Positions 1 through 10,385 of a stretch of DNA of 64,000 nucleotides are shown here, piece after piece. Below the pieces are notes generated by a model, which searched no databases, was not told the origin of the DNA, and saw nothing but the letters and a program-made list of their open reading frames with translations. Made by a program: the position numbers and the translations under genes. Position 1 is the first letter of the stretch; every line of letters starts with the position of its first letter. The stretch lies in IMG/VR virus record IMGVR_UViG_3300009093_000034, positions 186,001 to 250,000 of that record, one strand, 5' to 3'.

Positions 1-1
1 A

Positions 2-709
2 CAACTCAAGAAGTTCGGTCAAGCTCTTGATCCTCTAGCAGACTCCATGATGAAACTCGCAGGAGTCATGGACAAGATCAAGGGAGTTGGAGACCAAAGC
101 AAGGCGGCACAAGCTGCTGTTGCAGCTACCTTGAGCTTAGCTAACACGGTTGGAATGATCCAAACCACCAACCAAGAACTAGATAACTCCAAGAGATTCC
201 AAGAAGCTTTAAATCACATTGGAGATGGTATCGCTGACTTCACTAGAAAGGTGAGCTCAGGCCAAAATGATGGCTTCGACAAATTGGCCAAGTCCTTAAC
301 GACCATCTCAAGTCTTAACCTTCATCAAGTTTTTGAACCTCTCATGACGGCACTAAATAGAAATGGTGATCTTGATAGGATGGCTGCCACCCTAGAAAGG
401 ATTGTCAAAGCAGTCGGTGCCAACCCTAACGGAGGTCTGTTTGAGTCTGTTGGAAGTCTTCTTAACGGAGGAACCCAAGGAAAGTCTCAACAAGAATCTG
501 TAGCAAGCGGCGTCCAATCAAGCGGACACAACAGAGACGTTGATCAAGCAGTTCTTGGAATGTATGGTCTTCTTCAGAAATGGGATAATCAGATCACTCA
601 GAATGGTGTTCTTCCTGGTCAGCCTGTGACCAATCCAGTCACCATCGTTCAACAGCAAGCCGCCGCAGTTAATCCTTCGGCAGGAAGAGGAAAGTTCCAG
701 TCTCAATAA
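2..709 (+). CDS. C-terminal part of a tail tape-measure-like protein (5'-truncated by window)
   Basis: Frame is open from position 2, upstream of the ATG at 47; Ala/Gln/Gly-rich helical sequence directly before the baseplate genes. Confidence 0.5.
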   Translation, partial: QLKKFGQALDPLADSMMKLAGVMDKIKGVGDQSKAAQAAVAATLSLANTVGMIQTTNQELDNSKRFQEALNHIGDGIADFTRKVSSGQNDGFDKLAKSLTTISSLNLHQVFEPLMTALNRNGDLDRMAATLERIVKAVGANPNGGLFESVGSLLNGGTQGKSQQESVASGVQSSGHNRDVDQAVLGMYGLLQKWDNQITQNGVLPGQPVTNPVTIVQQQAAAVNPSAGRGKFQSQ

Positions 710-733
710 ACTGGAAAGGAAAGTTCTAAATAG

Positions 734-1792
734 ATGAATCTTTATCAAGTTAACGACGGAAGTCCTAACCACTACATTCATCCCTCAAAGATCATCCAGC
801 TCAACTCTGCTGGACTGGACTGGAGAAAGGCTCTCCTAGGACCTAACGTCAACCCAGACGACTACATCGCTCCAGGTATTGCTCTTACGGTTGAAGATCC
901 TGAGTCTATCGCGTTTACGTCATCCATGGAAACGGATCTTCCTCTTCAATCGTTGATCAACAAGCTCTCACAATCCACTGTTGGTCAGATCGCTAGTGCT
1001 ATCACCAAAGTCGGTGACGCTGTTGCTGGTGCCACAGGAAAGAGCATCAGCGTTGTTCCTCCTAACGTTCGTTTTCAAACAACACTCTCTCAACTTCCAG
1101 CATGGAAGAGCTCTGATGCCGCAGGTATCTCAGATATCACCTTCAAGTTTTACTTTGGTCAAGGTGGAGTCTTTGATGGAAGAACCGAGGTCTACAACCC
1201 CGTCATTCTTCTCAGCCGAGTAAACGTTCCAGACCTTGTTGGTCAGAACACTCACATCCTAAGAGGACCTTTACCAAGCATCGCTTACATCTACGGAGCT
1301 CTAGGAGCTTCTGTTGCTCAATCTGTGGCAGACATCGCCAAAGGTGTAGCAGGAAACGCTACCACCTCTCAATCAGCTGAAGCTAACTTTGAATCTCAAG
1401 TCAACTCTCTACTTACCGGAATGGAAAACAGAATGTGGAACGCCATGAAAGGTTTCAAGGGCGTCATGACCATGAGAGTCGGAACTAGGATCTTCCTTCC
1501 AGAGTTCTATGTCAAAGAAACGAAGTACCACTTTGGAACGGAGGTCGATGACTATGGTTTCCCAATTTACGGAGAAGTAACTTGGTCCGGAATCAAAACC
1601 ATCCAACTCGTCAACAGTGGAATGCCTCAGTACCAGCTCTACGGAAGTGCTGGTACTCCACCAGACCCCAAGGATCCTACGGTTCCATCTCCATATCCAA
1701 CTGTGGAGAAAGAGCCTACGACCATGCCAAATGCGCCTAATAATCCTCCTGATTCTAACACAATCGACCCAGCTATGAAGTACGGATACTAA
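734..1792 (+). CDS. Tail tube initiator / baseplate-tube junction-like virion protein
   Basis: 352 aa; lies between tape-measure-like gene and wedge/hub genes; C-terminal beta-rich segment (MRVG...FYVKETKYHF...GFPIYGEVT) resembles tube-fold proteins. Confidence 0.45.
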   Translation: MNLYQVNDGSPNHYIHPSKIIQLNSAGLDWRKALLGPNVNPDDYIAPGIALTVEDPESIAFTSSMETDLPLQSLINKLSQSTVGQIASAITKVGDAVAGATGKSISVVPPNVRFQTTLSQLPAWKSSDAAGISDITFKFYFGQGGVFDGRTEVYNPVILLSRVNVPDLVGQNTHILRGPLPSIAYIYGALGASVAQSVADIAKGVAGNATTSQSAEANFESQVNSLLTGMENRMWNAMKGFKGVMTMRVGTRIFLPEFYVKETKYHFGTEVDDYGFPIYGEVTWSGIKTIQLVNSGMPQYQLYGSAGTPPDPKDPTVPSPYPTVEKEPTTMPNAPNNPPDSNTIDPAMKYGY

Positions 1793-1794
1793 AG

Positions 1795-2160
1795 ATGGTA
1801 GATCAAACACAAACCTTTTCATCAGCAACACCTTCTACCTCGATGTACTCCAGATACGATCTTCTTGGTCAATCCATGGTCACAGACAAGGAGTCTGGTC
1901 AAGCTTATCCTGATCCTCTCTCCAAACTATTCAACACTCTCCAATTGACAGCGTTGCCATTGAGTACAACTTTATCAAGTGGAGACCTAGCTAAGTTTTG
2001 GTTCTGGTACTATCAGAAGTACAACGGGGCAACTGACGGTGATGACATTCTCTTGATCATGAACGGAATTCCTTACTTAGGAAGCGTCACCCCAGGAGAT
2101 ACCATTTACCTTCCAGGATCCTCAGACATCAGAACTCCAACTTTCGCACAGGTATCTTAA
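1795..2160 (+). CDS. Baseplate wedge protein, gp53/LysM-like
   Basis: YSRY...QKYNG...DILLIMNGI...VTPGDTIYLP matches the LysM/gp53/tail-X pattern; synteny. Confidence 0.6.
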   Translation: MVDQTQTFSSATPSTSMYSRYDLLGQSMVTDKESGQAYPDPLSKLFNTLQLTALPLSTTLSSGDLAKFWFWYYQKYNGATDGDDILLIMNGIPYLGSVTPGDTIYLPGSSDIRTPTFAQVS

Positions 2161-2161
2161 C

Positions 2162-3397
2162 ATGCAAAGAGCTTATCTAGAAGTAACACTCGTGGACGAG
2201 GGCAATGCTAAATTGCCAGCTGAGTTCATTGAGACGTTCAAGGTTTCGACCAGCATCTACACCTCATACCCAATCGCCGAGATGATCATCAATGACAATG
2301 AAGGCCGTATGAATGCTATGCTCACCATCAAGCCTGGAAACTTCATTCAGTTCAACTTTCAAGACGTAGATTCTGGAGCCAACTACCAACTCACTCCTTT
2401 TGTTGTTTCAGGTATCGAACAAGTTGGACACTCAGAAGGTCTTCCTAACTCAGGAAAGATGGCTTCTCTTGGTGGCATGGTCAAGATTCACATGTGTCAT
2501 CCTTGGGAGATCTACACAGACTGGAGTGATCAAGCTTTTGACACGAACATCAGTTCTATCGTTTCTGACCTGGCTAACCAGGCTAAGAAAGGTTGGTCAT
2601 TCTCTTCGGTCAAGGTAGACAAGACAGATGATAGTCAAGGAACCATCAGATACAAACTTCAAGAGTCTGAGACTGAGTTCATATTAAATAAACTTTTACC
2701 TTATGCTACAATTGACCATCAAGCCGTTTACACTTTTGTAAACGAAAAGAACGAGTTTCACCTTCATGACTTTGCTTCTATGTTCTCTGCTGTTTCAACG
2801 GCTGTTATCCTTCCTAGACCAGAAGAACTATCCCAATCTCCAAGCGTAGCTACGGCTTTGAAAGGAGAGTTAGGGAGTCTTCCTCCTCATTTCATCACAG
2901 ATGGAACTTGGTACCTAGGTCGAGACTTTAAGAACATGATCAGGGCCATTCAGCCTAACTTGTTGATGGAAGAACCAAAAGCCGGAATTGCTTTTGGTGG
3001 AAATTTCAGTTATCAGACCCCGATCCCAGGTTACACTCTCCTTAAGAACACGTATGTCACATCGTTGACTAACACGTCATCTTATGCCATTCCACATAGA
3101 GTCTTGGATGACGGTCTCAGATTGTTGATCAACCAAGTCGGTATCTTGAACTCTTTTCTAGAGATCAAGATCGTTACCACTTTGATCTTTGACATAGCCT
3201 TGGTAGGCGGAGTCATCAACCTTCTTTTGGCATCAACTCCTGAAGTTGCCACTCATTGGATGAATGGAAAGTGGTTGATCTCTGGAGCGGATCACTTTTT
3301 GTCTCAAGGACAATACTTTACTCAACTAACTTTGATCAAACCGGTGATTGAGACACCAACAACAGACCAGCAAGCTGCTCTGTACAAGTCAAGCTAA
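2162..3397 (+). CDS. Baseplate hub protein (gp27/gpD-like)
   Basis: 411 aa; QESETEFI..LL and C-terminal NGKWLISGADH...YFTQLTLIK typical of hub proteins; precedes spike gene. Confidence 0.6.
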   Translation: MQRAYLEVTLVDEGNAKLPAEFIETFKVSTSIYTSYPIAEMIINDNEGRMNAMLTIKPGNFIQFNFQDVDSGANYQLTPFVVSGIEQVGHSEGLPNSGKMASLGGMVKIHMCHPWEIYTDWSDQAFDTNISSIVSDLANQAKKGWSFSSVKVDKTDDSQGTIRYKLQESETEFILNKLLPYATIDHQAVYTFVNEKNEFHLHDFASMFSAVSTAVILPRPEELSQSPSVATALKGELGSLPPHFITDGTWYLGRDFKNMIRAIQPNLLMEEPKAGIAFGGNFSYQTPIPGYTLLKNTYVTSLTNTSSYAIPHRVLDDGLRLLINQVGILNSFLEIKIVTTLIFDIALVGGVINLLLASTPEVATHWMNGKWLISGADHFLSQGQYFTQLTLIKPVIETPTTDQQAALYKSS

Positions 3398-4140
3398 TGC
3401 AATCCCAATTCGACATCAAACAAAGACAAGTTTCTCCAGCAGTCGACAACCTTCAGTTGTACAGAGCAAGGATCTATCAAAAGATGGAACCAGGAGATGA
3501 CCGTCTTCAAGTTAGGATCATGCCACAGATGGCAGCTCTTCCAAACCCAAGTCGATATCTTCCAAAGTTTCCTCCTTTCTTTCAAGGTCAGATCATCACA
3601 GGAAGAACAGAGATTAAAGAAGGTCAGTTAGCAGATTTTGTCTGGGTCGCAGCTCTCCCTGACTTCTCCGTTGGTTACGTTCTTGGTCTTGCTAACGGTT
3701 ATGGTAGAGCTTACGAGGTCATGCAGAACAGCTTGAACTTTACCAGTGTTCTCCAAGGATTGATCAACAGAGGCATCGCGTCAGGAGACCTTGACTACAA
3801 GAACATTCAAGTCCTTCATAGAAGTCAAAATCACTTAGACATGGTTGACACTGTGAACGGAGATAGGTTCACTATGCTCAGCAACGGTACCATCTTCTCA
3901 ATCACAAGAAACCAGATCTACATGAGAGTTGGAACTCCAGACACGACTCAAGGACGAAACGATTTCTCGGCCATCAGAATCTCAAGAGACGAGATCAACT
4001 TGTCTACACCAACTTTCAGAGTCAAAGCTACGAACGTCATTCTAGGAAATAAGGGAATGAGTGTTGTTGCAACTCCAACAGAGTTCGCTCACTCAGTAGA
4101 AGGAACAAGCCATGTTCCTCAGAACAACATTAGGGTTTAA
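3397..4140 (+). CDS. Baseplate central spike protein (gp5/VgrG-like OB fold)
   Basis: YRARI...DRLQVRIMP...VWV...GYVLG OB-fold pattern followed by beta-repeat region. Confidence 0.6.
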   Translation: MQSQFDIKQRQVSPAVDNLQLYRARIYQKMEPGDDRLQVRIMPQMAALPNPSRYLPKFPPFFQGQIITGRTEIKEGQLADFVWVAALPDFSVGYVLGLANGYGRAYEVMQNSLNFTSVLQGLINRGIASGDLDYKNIQVLHRSQNHLDMVDTVNGDRFTMLSNGTIFSITRNQIYMRVGTPDTTQGRNDFSAIRISRDEINLSTPTFRVKATNVILGNKGMSVVATPTEFAHSVEGTSHVPQNNIRV

Positions 4141-4143
4141 GAG

Positions 4144-5484
4144 ATGTCAGACACACCACAGAACGGACCAATCGAAGACCTAATTCCTCCTTTCACTCCT
4201 TTGTACAACAGGTATCTTCCGTCAGACTTCACTCCAGGAACTGACAACCTCAACCCAAAGAGACCTATCACAGCAGAGGACAACTCTGCTCAACAGATCT
4301 CTCAAGTTCAGGCTATTCTCTTCTTAACCTATCAGAACACCCTTGCTAAGTTGGCTGCACTAGGAGACAACGCTCAAGGACTTCCTCCTGGAGCCGTTGG
4401 TATTCCTTACTCTCAAAGAACTCAGGTTCAAGGAACCGCGGACCTTGGAAACAGGACTCCATTCTCAAACATCCCTCCAGATCCTTCCATTCCTTTGGCC
4501 TACAACTTAGGAGTCTTGTCAGTTGTTACGGGAGGAGTCATCACCAGTAGCTCTGGTATCTTGACCATCATCCCTCAAGAAGATTTGACCATCGATGCTT
4601 TGAAACAAGCAGCTTTGAGAGAACTTCCTTACGACTTTTGTAGCACGTACTCTGGAATCACGAACAATGGTATCAACAGTTTCGCTCAAGCATCAAACTC
4701 GAACCTTTCAAGTGACCAACAAGCTCTTGTCACGGCCTTAACCTCTGCTCTTGATGGTCTTCCTAACGTTGCTCAACTTTCAGGAAACTCGTCTCCTGCT
4801 GCTTGTTTGGCTCTAGAGCTTCAATGGCTAAAGATGATCCTTTGGCTTCTTGGACTTCTTCAGCAAGTCATGCAGCTTGAGAGAACCGTTCTAGCCATCA
4901 TCTGGCCTATCATCAACATCGCCACGATGATCGCTAACATCTGGAACAACCCTTCAGAGATCGGACGAATCGCTAGGTACTTGGTAGGCATTGCTCAAGC
5001 CATCATCACAGGCGCCTTGACTCAAGCCATAGAGACCTTGATCGATAGTTGGGGTTTAGATTGTCTTCTCCAAGGAACCTTGGAAGCTGTTCAACAAATC
5101 CTAGGAACTCTCACAGGTGTTTCAGACATCGGAGCTTCGATTGGAGCCTTTGTTCAATTCAATGAGAACCTAAACAACTCCTTAACATCAAGCCTTCAGA
5201 TTATCACAAGCAGTTTTACAAACAGAATGAACCAACTCGATGCAGAAGGAAAAAACCCTATCACTGAGATGTTGGGAGCTTTCACCTCTGCTGCCTTTGG
5301 TCAAGTTCAAGTAGTTGGTCAACAGTACTTGAAGGATGCTGAAGCTCCTGTAACAACAGCAAAGGTCGTTGCAGCTCAGATCGACAATGGTGTCAAGAAT
5401 CTAGAAAAGAACGTAGCTCAGTTATCTTCTGACGGTGCCGCAAATGTCATCACCACAAGAATGACAAATGTGACCGTTTACTAA
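4144..5484 (+). CDS. Putative virion/baseplate-associated protein
   Basis: 446 aa, Gln/Asn/Thr-rich with hydrophobic helices, in structural operon. Confidence 0.45.
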   Translation: MSDTPQNGPIEDLIPPFTPLYNRYLPSDFTPGTDNLNPKRPITAEDNSAQQISQVQAILFLTYQNTLAKLAALGDNAQGLPPGAVGIPYSQRTQVQGTADLGNRTPFSNIPPDPSIPLAYNLGVLSVVTGGVITSSSGILTIIPQEDLTIDALKQAALRELPYDFCSTYSGITNNGINSFAQASNSNLSSDQQALVTALTSALDGLPNVAQLSGNSSPAACLALELQWLKMILWLLGLLQQVMQLERTVLAIIWPIINIATMIANIWNNPSEIGRIARYLVGIAQAIITGALTQAIETLIDSWGLDCLLQGTLEAVQQILGTLTGVSDIGASIGAFVQFNENLNNSLTSSLQIITSSFTNRMNQLDAEGKNPITEMLGAFTSAAFGQVQVVGQQYLKDAEAPVTTAKVVAAQIDNGVKNLEKNVAQLSSDGAANVITTRMTNVTVY

Positions 5485-5502
5485 CTAGACTAATTCCTTA
5501 AC

Positions 5503-8500
5503 ATGGCAAAAAACGGCGTCACGGCGGCTTACACCCAAGCCACCATCTCTCAACAACAGTTGATCACGGCTCAAGCTGCTCAAGCTCAAGCCATTCAACA
5601 GTTCAAGAACCTCTATCTATCTCCACAAGGAGATGCCAACAGTCGAGTTGGAACAACGATCTCGACAACTAAAGACCCTGTCGACGCTTCAGCCTTCCCT
5701 CCTTTTCAAAACATCTCTGTTGAACCAGACCCAACCTTAGGAACTGCTTTAAGATCTGGTGGTTTTATCCAAGTTAACAAACAGATCAACGACCTTCAGA
5801 TGGTTGTTTTGTTTCTCACAGGCCAGATCAGAACGAAGTTGACTGAGTGGGACATCTCAATTTACCTTCAAGAAGGATTAATTGATAAAGATGTATCTAA
5901 TGTAGAAGAACAAGTAAAGGCACAAATCCAAGCTACTCAAGCCAGAGACACGGCGTTAGGAATTCCAAAGCCTCCATTGTCTGCCTACTACTTGACAGGA
6001 CATTTCTATTCTCTCTTGTACAACATGGTCAAAGACAATCCAATGGGTTACTCTGAACCAAGACAAGCCGCTGTTTTTGGAATGCTCAACGCAGCTCTCA
6101 CCTCGTGGAGACATGAGACTTGGGATCCTAGATTCGATCCTGACCTTCAGTATTGGGTTTATCCAACCACGATCAACAGTCTCATCTCATTATCAGAGAA
6201 CTTTGCTAAAGAGCAAGCTGCTGCTAACAACATCTTTGGAGATTATTCAACTGTTGTTAGAACGAATCTTCCAGCTTCTTCTACACAACCAACACCTTTG
6301 GCAACTTTGCTCAAGGAACACAAGAATGATTCTTATTGGATCAAGCAGATCAGAGCTTATTGGGGAGGAAATCCTCTCTTAGGCGATCTAGAACTTCCTA
6401 AGTATTGGCAACTTTTCTTTACAAGTCCAAACTATCTCCCAACCTCAAACGATCAGCAGAATTTTGAGAGCTACTACGACTCTTACCGAACAACTGACCA
6501 AGCTGCTCCTTCTTCTACTAACGCCATTGGACTTAACACGGCTTCCAGTATTGGCTTGAATGGAAACTCGGTTGAGGACTCAAGTCCAATCTTCTCTGGA
6601 GGACCTTACGGTTCAAAAGCAGATCCTAGATCCTTGGGTTCTTTCTTCGTTTCAGGTTATGATTTTCCAAAGCTTCCACCAACAAGAGGAAGTATCATCT
6701 CTCAGTCGTACATCTCGTCAGATCCTTACGATGAGTTCTTCCAGCTAAACGCTGCATGGTTTAGCCAAACTCCTATCTTAAGTGCTTCTAGCTACGCCGT
6801 TCCTGCTGTCAGCGTGACCAATGTCACCAAGAACAACTACGGTCAAATAACGGGTAGCTCTACAGCCATTGAAAAAGTTCTATCTCCAGTTCTAAGAAGT
6901 GTCTGGGCCATCTTGAACCCAACCACCGAAAGAGCCTACGGATATGGTGCTCAACAGAACGTTACCATACCAACTTTCCAAGCCACAGGTTCATACAACC
7001 AAAAGACTGGATATTGGCCAAATGGAGTCTTGGTCACTCAAAATGCTGTCCCTAACATCGTAGATGGAATCATCGTTGGTCCAAAGTCTAAGATCACCTT
7101 GGTTCCTTACGGTGATGCCACCAACGTGTTCTCCCAGTTGTCCGTTGGAGAAAGTGCTGCAATCACCTTGGTCACCCAAGACAAGAAGTATGTTGTCGAG
7201 GCTGTCATCAAGCACGAGACTAGAACGATCTACGTTCCAGGAACGACTTACAAGTTCTTGTCATGGACATGGACTCCGTCTGTTGCTGTTACTCAAGACA
7301 TCTTGACCATCGATGCTTACACAGGTGTTGACCTTTATCCTGTTGATCTTTCAGACTTTACCCAAGAAGACGTCACAACTCCAAGACTTACGAGCATCGC
7401 ACAGTTCTTTGCTAACCCAGGAGTAACTTTCCAAGGATTGTACTTCAGCATTCCACAAAGAACCTTGACCAACACTCAAAGTGTGATCAGAGACGGTTGG
7501 ACGACTCTAGGAACCCCAATCCCACAAGATCAAGGTATCGCTCTAGCTCGATCCAGACTTACCTTCCTTTGGAGAAACGGAGACCTTGTCTCCTTCCCAT
7601 CATCTGTTGCTCCTTTCAGAGGAATGCTCAAAGCCTTCCACAGAACGATCTCTCCTCTTTTCTCAAGGATCCAAGAGAGCATCATCCCTATCCTTGATAG
7701 CTTAAGTCTCAGTGCTCTTCAACTTGTGTTCACGCCTGGACAAGTGCTAGACGCATCTACCTTGAGTTCAATGGTGGACGTTCAGAACTATTTTATGAAC
7801 TCCAACTTGACTCAGCTATCCAACGAGTTTGTTCAAGCTAAGCAGACCTTCCAGAACTTTGTCAACATCTTCATCGACCAAACACCAGGTTCCAACGATC
7901 CTACTCAACTTGGTCTTCTTTCTTTGGTCGAGTATCTTTGTGGTCTTGGAAGTTATGCTGTTCCAGTTGGAACAAACGTTACTCACACCTTGGATCAACG
8001 ATTTACCTTAGCTGCTTACAATCAGTTTAAGAACTTCTACTTTACTCAGCTTTCTAACTTCACAACAGCTACCTCTCAGACCTTGCAACTCTACAAGATG
8101 CTAGATAAGTACTTGAGAGTTCTGTACGAAAGAAGATTCTCTATTCTCAAAGCTAGACTTAACATCTCCGGAGGAACTCTTCTTCAAGTAGCAAGAATGG
8201 AAAGTGCCATCCTTCTTGTTCAACAGACAACTCAACCTCCTACCACGTCTAGTTTAGGCCAATCTCCTCTTGAAGATCTTCCTGTAGTTTTCCAAGTCAC
8301 GAGTCAAACCCAATCGATGAAAGCCATAGCATTGGCCAACAATATCACTCTTCCTCCAGAACTTTTGTTGATCGTTTACACTCCGGTTCAATATGACAAC
8401 AGCAACAACATCATTAGACCTTCCACAGGAACTTACTACTTGGTCTCAATGGAGTACGCACTAGATACGAAAGGAAAAGTTCCTCAGGTGTCTTTCCCAT

Positions 8501-8874
8501 TGACCTTCGTAGAAGGAAATGCTCCGCCTATCATCCATGGAGTTCCAACAGGAATTGACACTGTCAAGTTTGCTGAAGCTCAAGCTCAAAACGCCTTGAC
8601 TCTTCAAGAGAAGATTTGTTTTGCTGTTCAGATCAATGACCTTTGGGAGATTGTTATCCCAACACCTCAACCTCTTCGTTCAGACTACTTGACCAATCTT
8701 CACTTGATGACCATGCCTCCAACTCAAGCCATTGAAGATGTTACCGCTATCTTAGGTGGAGGTACTCCATCGCCTGTTCACGAACAACCTACCAACACGC
8801 CAATTCCTGCTTCTACTTGGATCTCTGCGCCTAATTCTACACAAACTGCAGCAGGACTTTCTTCCGACGCGTAA
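5503..8874 (+). CDS. Large putative virion structural protein
   Basis: 1123 aa, T/Q/S/P-rich, low charge; end of structural operon; ACTAATT motif just upstream. Confidence 0.5.
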   Translation: MAKNGVTAAYTQATISQQQLITAQAAQAQAIQQFKNLYLSPQGDANSRVGTTISTTKDPVDASAFPPFQNISVEPDPTLGTALRSGGFIQVNKQINDLQMVVLFLTGQIRTKLTEWDISIYLQEGLIDKDVSNVEEQVKAQIQATQARDTALGIPKPPLSAYYLTGHFYSLLYNMVKDNPMGYSEPRQAAVFGMLNAALTSWRHETWDPRFDPDLQYWVYPTTINSLISLSENFAKEQAAANNIFGDYSTVVRTNLPASSTQPTPLATLLKEHKNDSYWIKQIRAYWGGNPLLGDLELPKYWQLFFTSPNYLPTSNDQQNFESYYDSYRTTDQAAPSSTNAIGLNTASSIGLNGNSVEDSSPIFSGGPYGSKADPRSLGSFFVSGYDFPKLPPTRGSIISQSYISSDPYDEFFQLNAAWFSQTPILSASSYAVPAVSVTNVTKNNYGQITGSSTAIEKVLSPVLRSVWAILNPTTERAYGYGAQQNVTIPTFQATGSYNQKTGYWPNGVLVTQNAVPNIVDGIIVGPKSKITLVPYGDATNVFSQLSVGESAAITLVTQDKKYVVEAVIKHETRTIYVPGTTYKFLSWTWTPSVAVTQDILTIDAYTGVDLYPVDLSDFTQEDVTTPRLTSIAQFFANPGVTFQGLYFSIPQRTLTNTQSVIRDGWTTLGTPIPQDQGIALARSRLTFLWRNGDLVSFPSSVAPFRGMLKAFHRTISPLFSRIQESIIPILDSLSLSALQLVFTPGQVLDASTLSSMVDVQNYFMNSNLTQLSNEFVQAKQTFQNFVNIFIDQTPGSNDPTQLGLLSLVEYLCGLGSYAVPVGTNVTHTLDQRFTLAAYNQFKNFYFTQLSNFTTATSQTLQLYKMLDKYLRVLYERRFSILKARLNISGGTLLQVARMESAILLVQQTTQPPTTSSLGQSPLEDLPVVFQVTSQTQSMKAIALANNITLPPELLLIVYTPVQYDNSNNIIRPSTGTYYLVSMEYALDTKGKVPQVSFPLTFVEGNAPPIIHGVPTGIDTVKFAEAQAQNALTLQEKICFAVQINDLWEIVIPTPQPLRSDYLTNLHLMTMPPTQAIEDVTAILGGGTPSPVHEQPTNTPIPASTWISAPNSTQTAAGLSSDA

Positions 8875-8877
8875 GTG

Positions 8878-8886
8878 TGAGATATT
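8878..8886 (+). promoter_or_regulatory. TGAGATATT extended -10-like (early) promoter motif
   Basis: Exact 9-mer recurring upstream of at least 9 accessory genes; followed by GCAAGGAG SD. Confidence 0.7.
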
Positions 8887-8912
8887 GTATGACGCAAGGA
8901 GAACAACCGGAG

Positions 8913-9062
8913 ATGACTAAAGGTAAGACTGAGGTTCAGAAGGTTGTGGATTACGCCATGAAGAAAGCTCTTCGTGAACGGATCCGGCACGAGATGAAAA
9001 AGCCCGAGTATGCTGCTCGGATTCAGATTCTCGAAGAGAACGATCACCTGGCCTACAAGTAA
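8913..9062 (+). CDS. Small hypothetical protein (start re-assigned to ATG 8913)
   Basis: Downstream of TGAGATATT and AAGGAG/GGAG SD. Confidence 0.55.
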   Translation: MTKGKTEVQKVVDYAMKKALRERIRHEMKKPEYAARIQILEENDHLAYK

Positions 9063-9065
9063 GGA

Positions 9066-9254
9066 GTGAGAGTGAGAACTTTCAAGGTCGTCGCTGATTT
9101 CAACAACTTTGCCTTTGGTGGCAAGTTGAGCTTTTTCGTTCAGGCCAATTCGAAAGAAGAGGCTGAGCAGATCGGTTTGAAGAAACTGAGCATCCACTTC
9201 AGTGGGAACAGTACTGTGTACGAAGCCCAGGGAGTGAAGGTTTACAACGCATAA
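9066..9254 (+). CDS. Small hypothetical protein
   Basis: AAGGAG SD; followed by terminator. Confidence 0.55.
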   Translation: MRVRTFKVVADFNNFAFGGKLSFFVQANSKEEAEQIGLKKLSIHFSGNSTVYEAQGVKVYNA

Positions 9255-9295
9255 ACGTTGTAACCTAGTTTAAGTAGAGATACGATCTTCACTAG

Positions 9296-9330
9296 AAAGG
9301 GGTCTGGAAGTTTTCCAGACCCTTTTTTTT
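9296..9330 (+). terminator. Rho-independent terminator between convergent genes
   Basis: GGGTCTGGAA-GTT-TTCCAGACCC followed by T8. Confidence 0.85.
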
Positions 9331-9332
9331 AT

Positions 9333-10109
9333 TTAGGCTGAGATCTTCGCTGTTCGAGTGTTTACGTACGGAACACCATAAGTTTTGGCGTAGATGTGCC
9401 TTGCTTGGTTTCTTGTTTTAGCCTCAATCGGCTCAACAGGATCTCCAGGGTTCGTTGTAGAGATCTCCCAAACCCCCATCTCAGGATGAGCAACAGGTTC
9501 AGCAGAGGCATCAACAACTTCTAATTGTTGAGAGATCTTGTCGGTCAAGCTACTCAACATGTCAAGAGCTTGTTGAATATGCTTGGTGATTCTAACGTTG
9601 GATCTTCTTAGATTTCCAGAAGCTGCGTGATAAGATCTCCAAATTCCATTTCCAGGTGTTCCTTGAAAAGGGAACACCGTTCCATTCTCTCTAGCCAAGT
9701 CTTCCCAAGCTCCTTGGTAATAGAAAGAAGCATCATCTGAGTGAACTTGGATTGGACAGTTCCTCAACATCTGGGTGACCAAAGTTCTTTTGTTCTGGGT
9801 CTGAGAGTAGCTTTGAGGGTCTCCAAGAGCAGATGACACGTTCAAAAATCTGATCAAGATCTCATAGAGGTTGGTAGTGGTCATGCGACCATGGTTGTCT
9901 GTCTGTTGACCTGTGTTCTCAGTAGGTTCTGCTGCGAACTCTAAAGTAACACAATCTTTAGTTAGATCCCACTCAACTCCGATCAATTCCATTCCAGAAT
10001 AATAGTCTGGATTGGTCATTCTCTCTTCCCACGAGTTTGTGGTGATGCCTGAGAGGGCTTGGCTCTGCACGTCTTTGAGAAAGATGTCTTCCCACAGTTG
10101 AATTTTCAC
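9333..10109 (-). CDS. Hypothetical protein, possibly late/virion
   Basis: 258 aa ORF with GAGG SD and ACTAAATA motif upstream. Confidence 0.6.
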   Translation of the reverse strand: MKIQLWEDIFLKDVQSQALSGITTNSWEERMTNPDYYSGMELIGVEWDLTKDCVTLEFAAEPTENTGQQTDNHGRMTTTNLYEILIRFLNVSSALGDPQSYSQTQNKRTLVTQMLRNCPIQVHSDDASFYYQGAWEDLARENGTVFPFQGTPGNGIWRSYHAASGNLRRSNVRITKHIQQALDMLSSLTDKISQQLEVVDASAEPVAHPEMGVWEISTTNPGDPVEPIEAKTRNQARHIYAKTYGVPYVNTRTAKISA

Positions 10110-10153
10110 TGATTCCTCTTATATTATTTAGTGGAAAGAAGAGGACTATTCAC

Positions 10154-10384
10154 TTGGCAACTAAGAAACTTCAAGAGTTCGTCTATGAGAAAGACGGAAC
10201 AAAATCAACAAGAAAGGTGATCGCATTCACCAATAACGACCAGTTTGTAGAAGGTATTGACCTGAAGGAGCTCACTCCAGCTGAACAAGCTGATTTGATC
10301 TCTAAGGTCGAGAAGTTTGAAGAAGATCTTGCCCCTTACGTAAATAAGGGTTGGCGTCGATTCCTTAAATCAAAGATCAGCTAA
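10154..10384 (+). CDS. Hypothetical protein
   Basis: GAGGA SD, TTG start, 76 aa. Confidence 0.6.
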   Translation: MATKKLQEFVYEKDGTKSTRKVIAFTNNDQFVEGIDLKELTPAEQADLISKVEKFEEDLAPYVNKGWRRFLKSKIS

Positions 10385-10385
10385 G

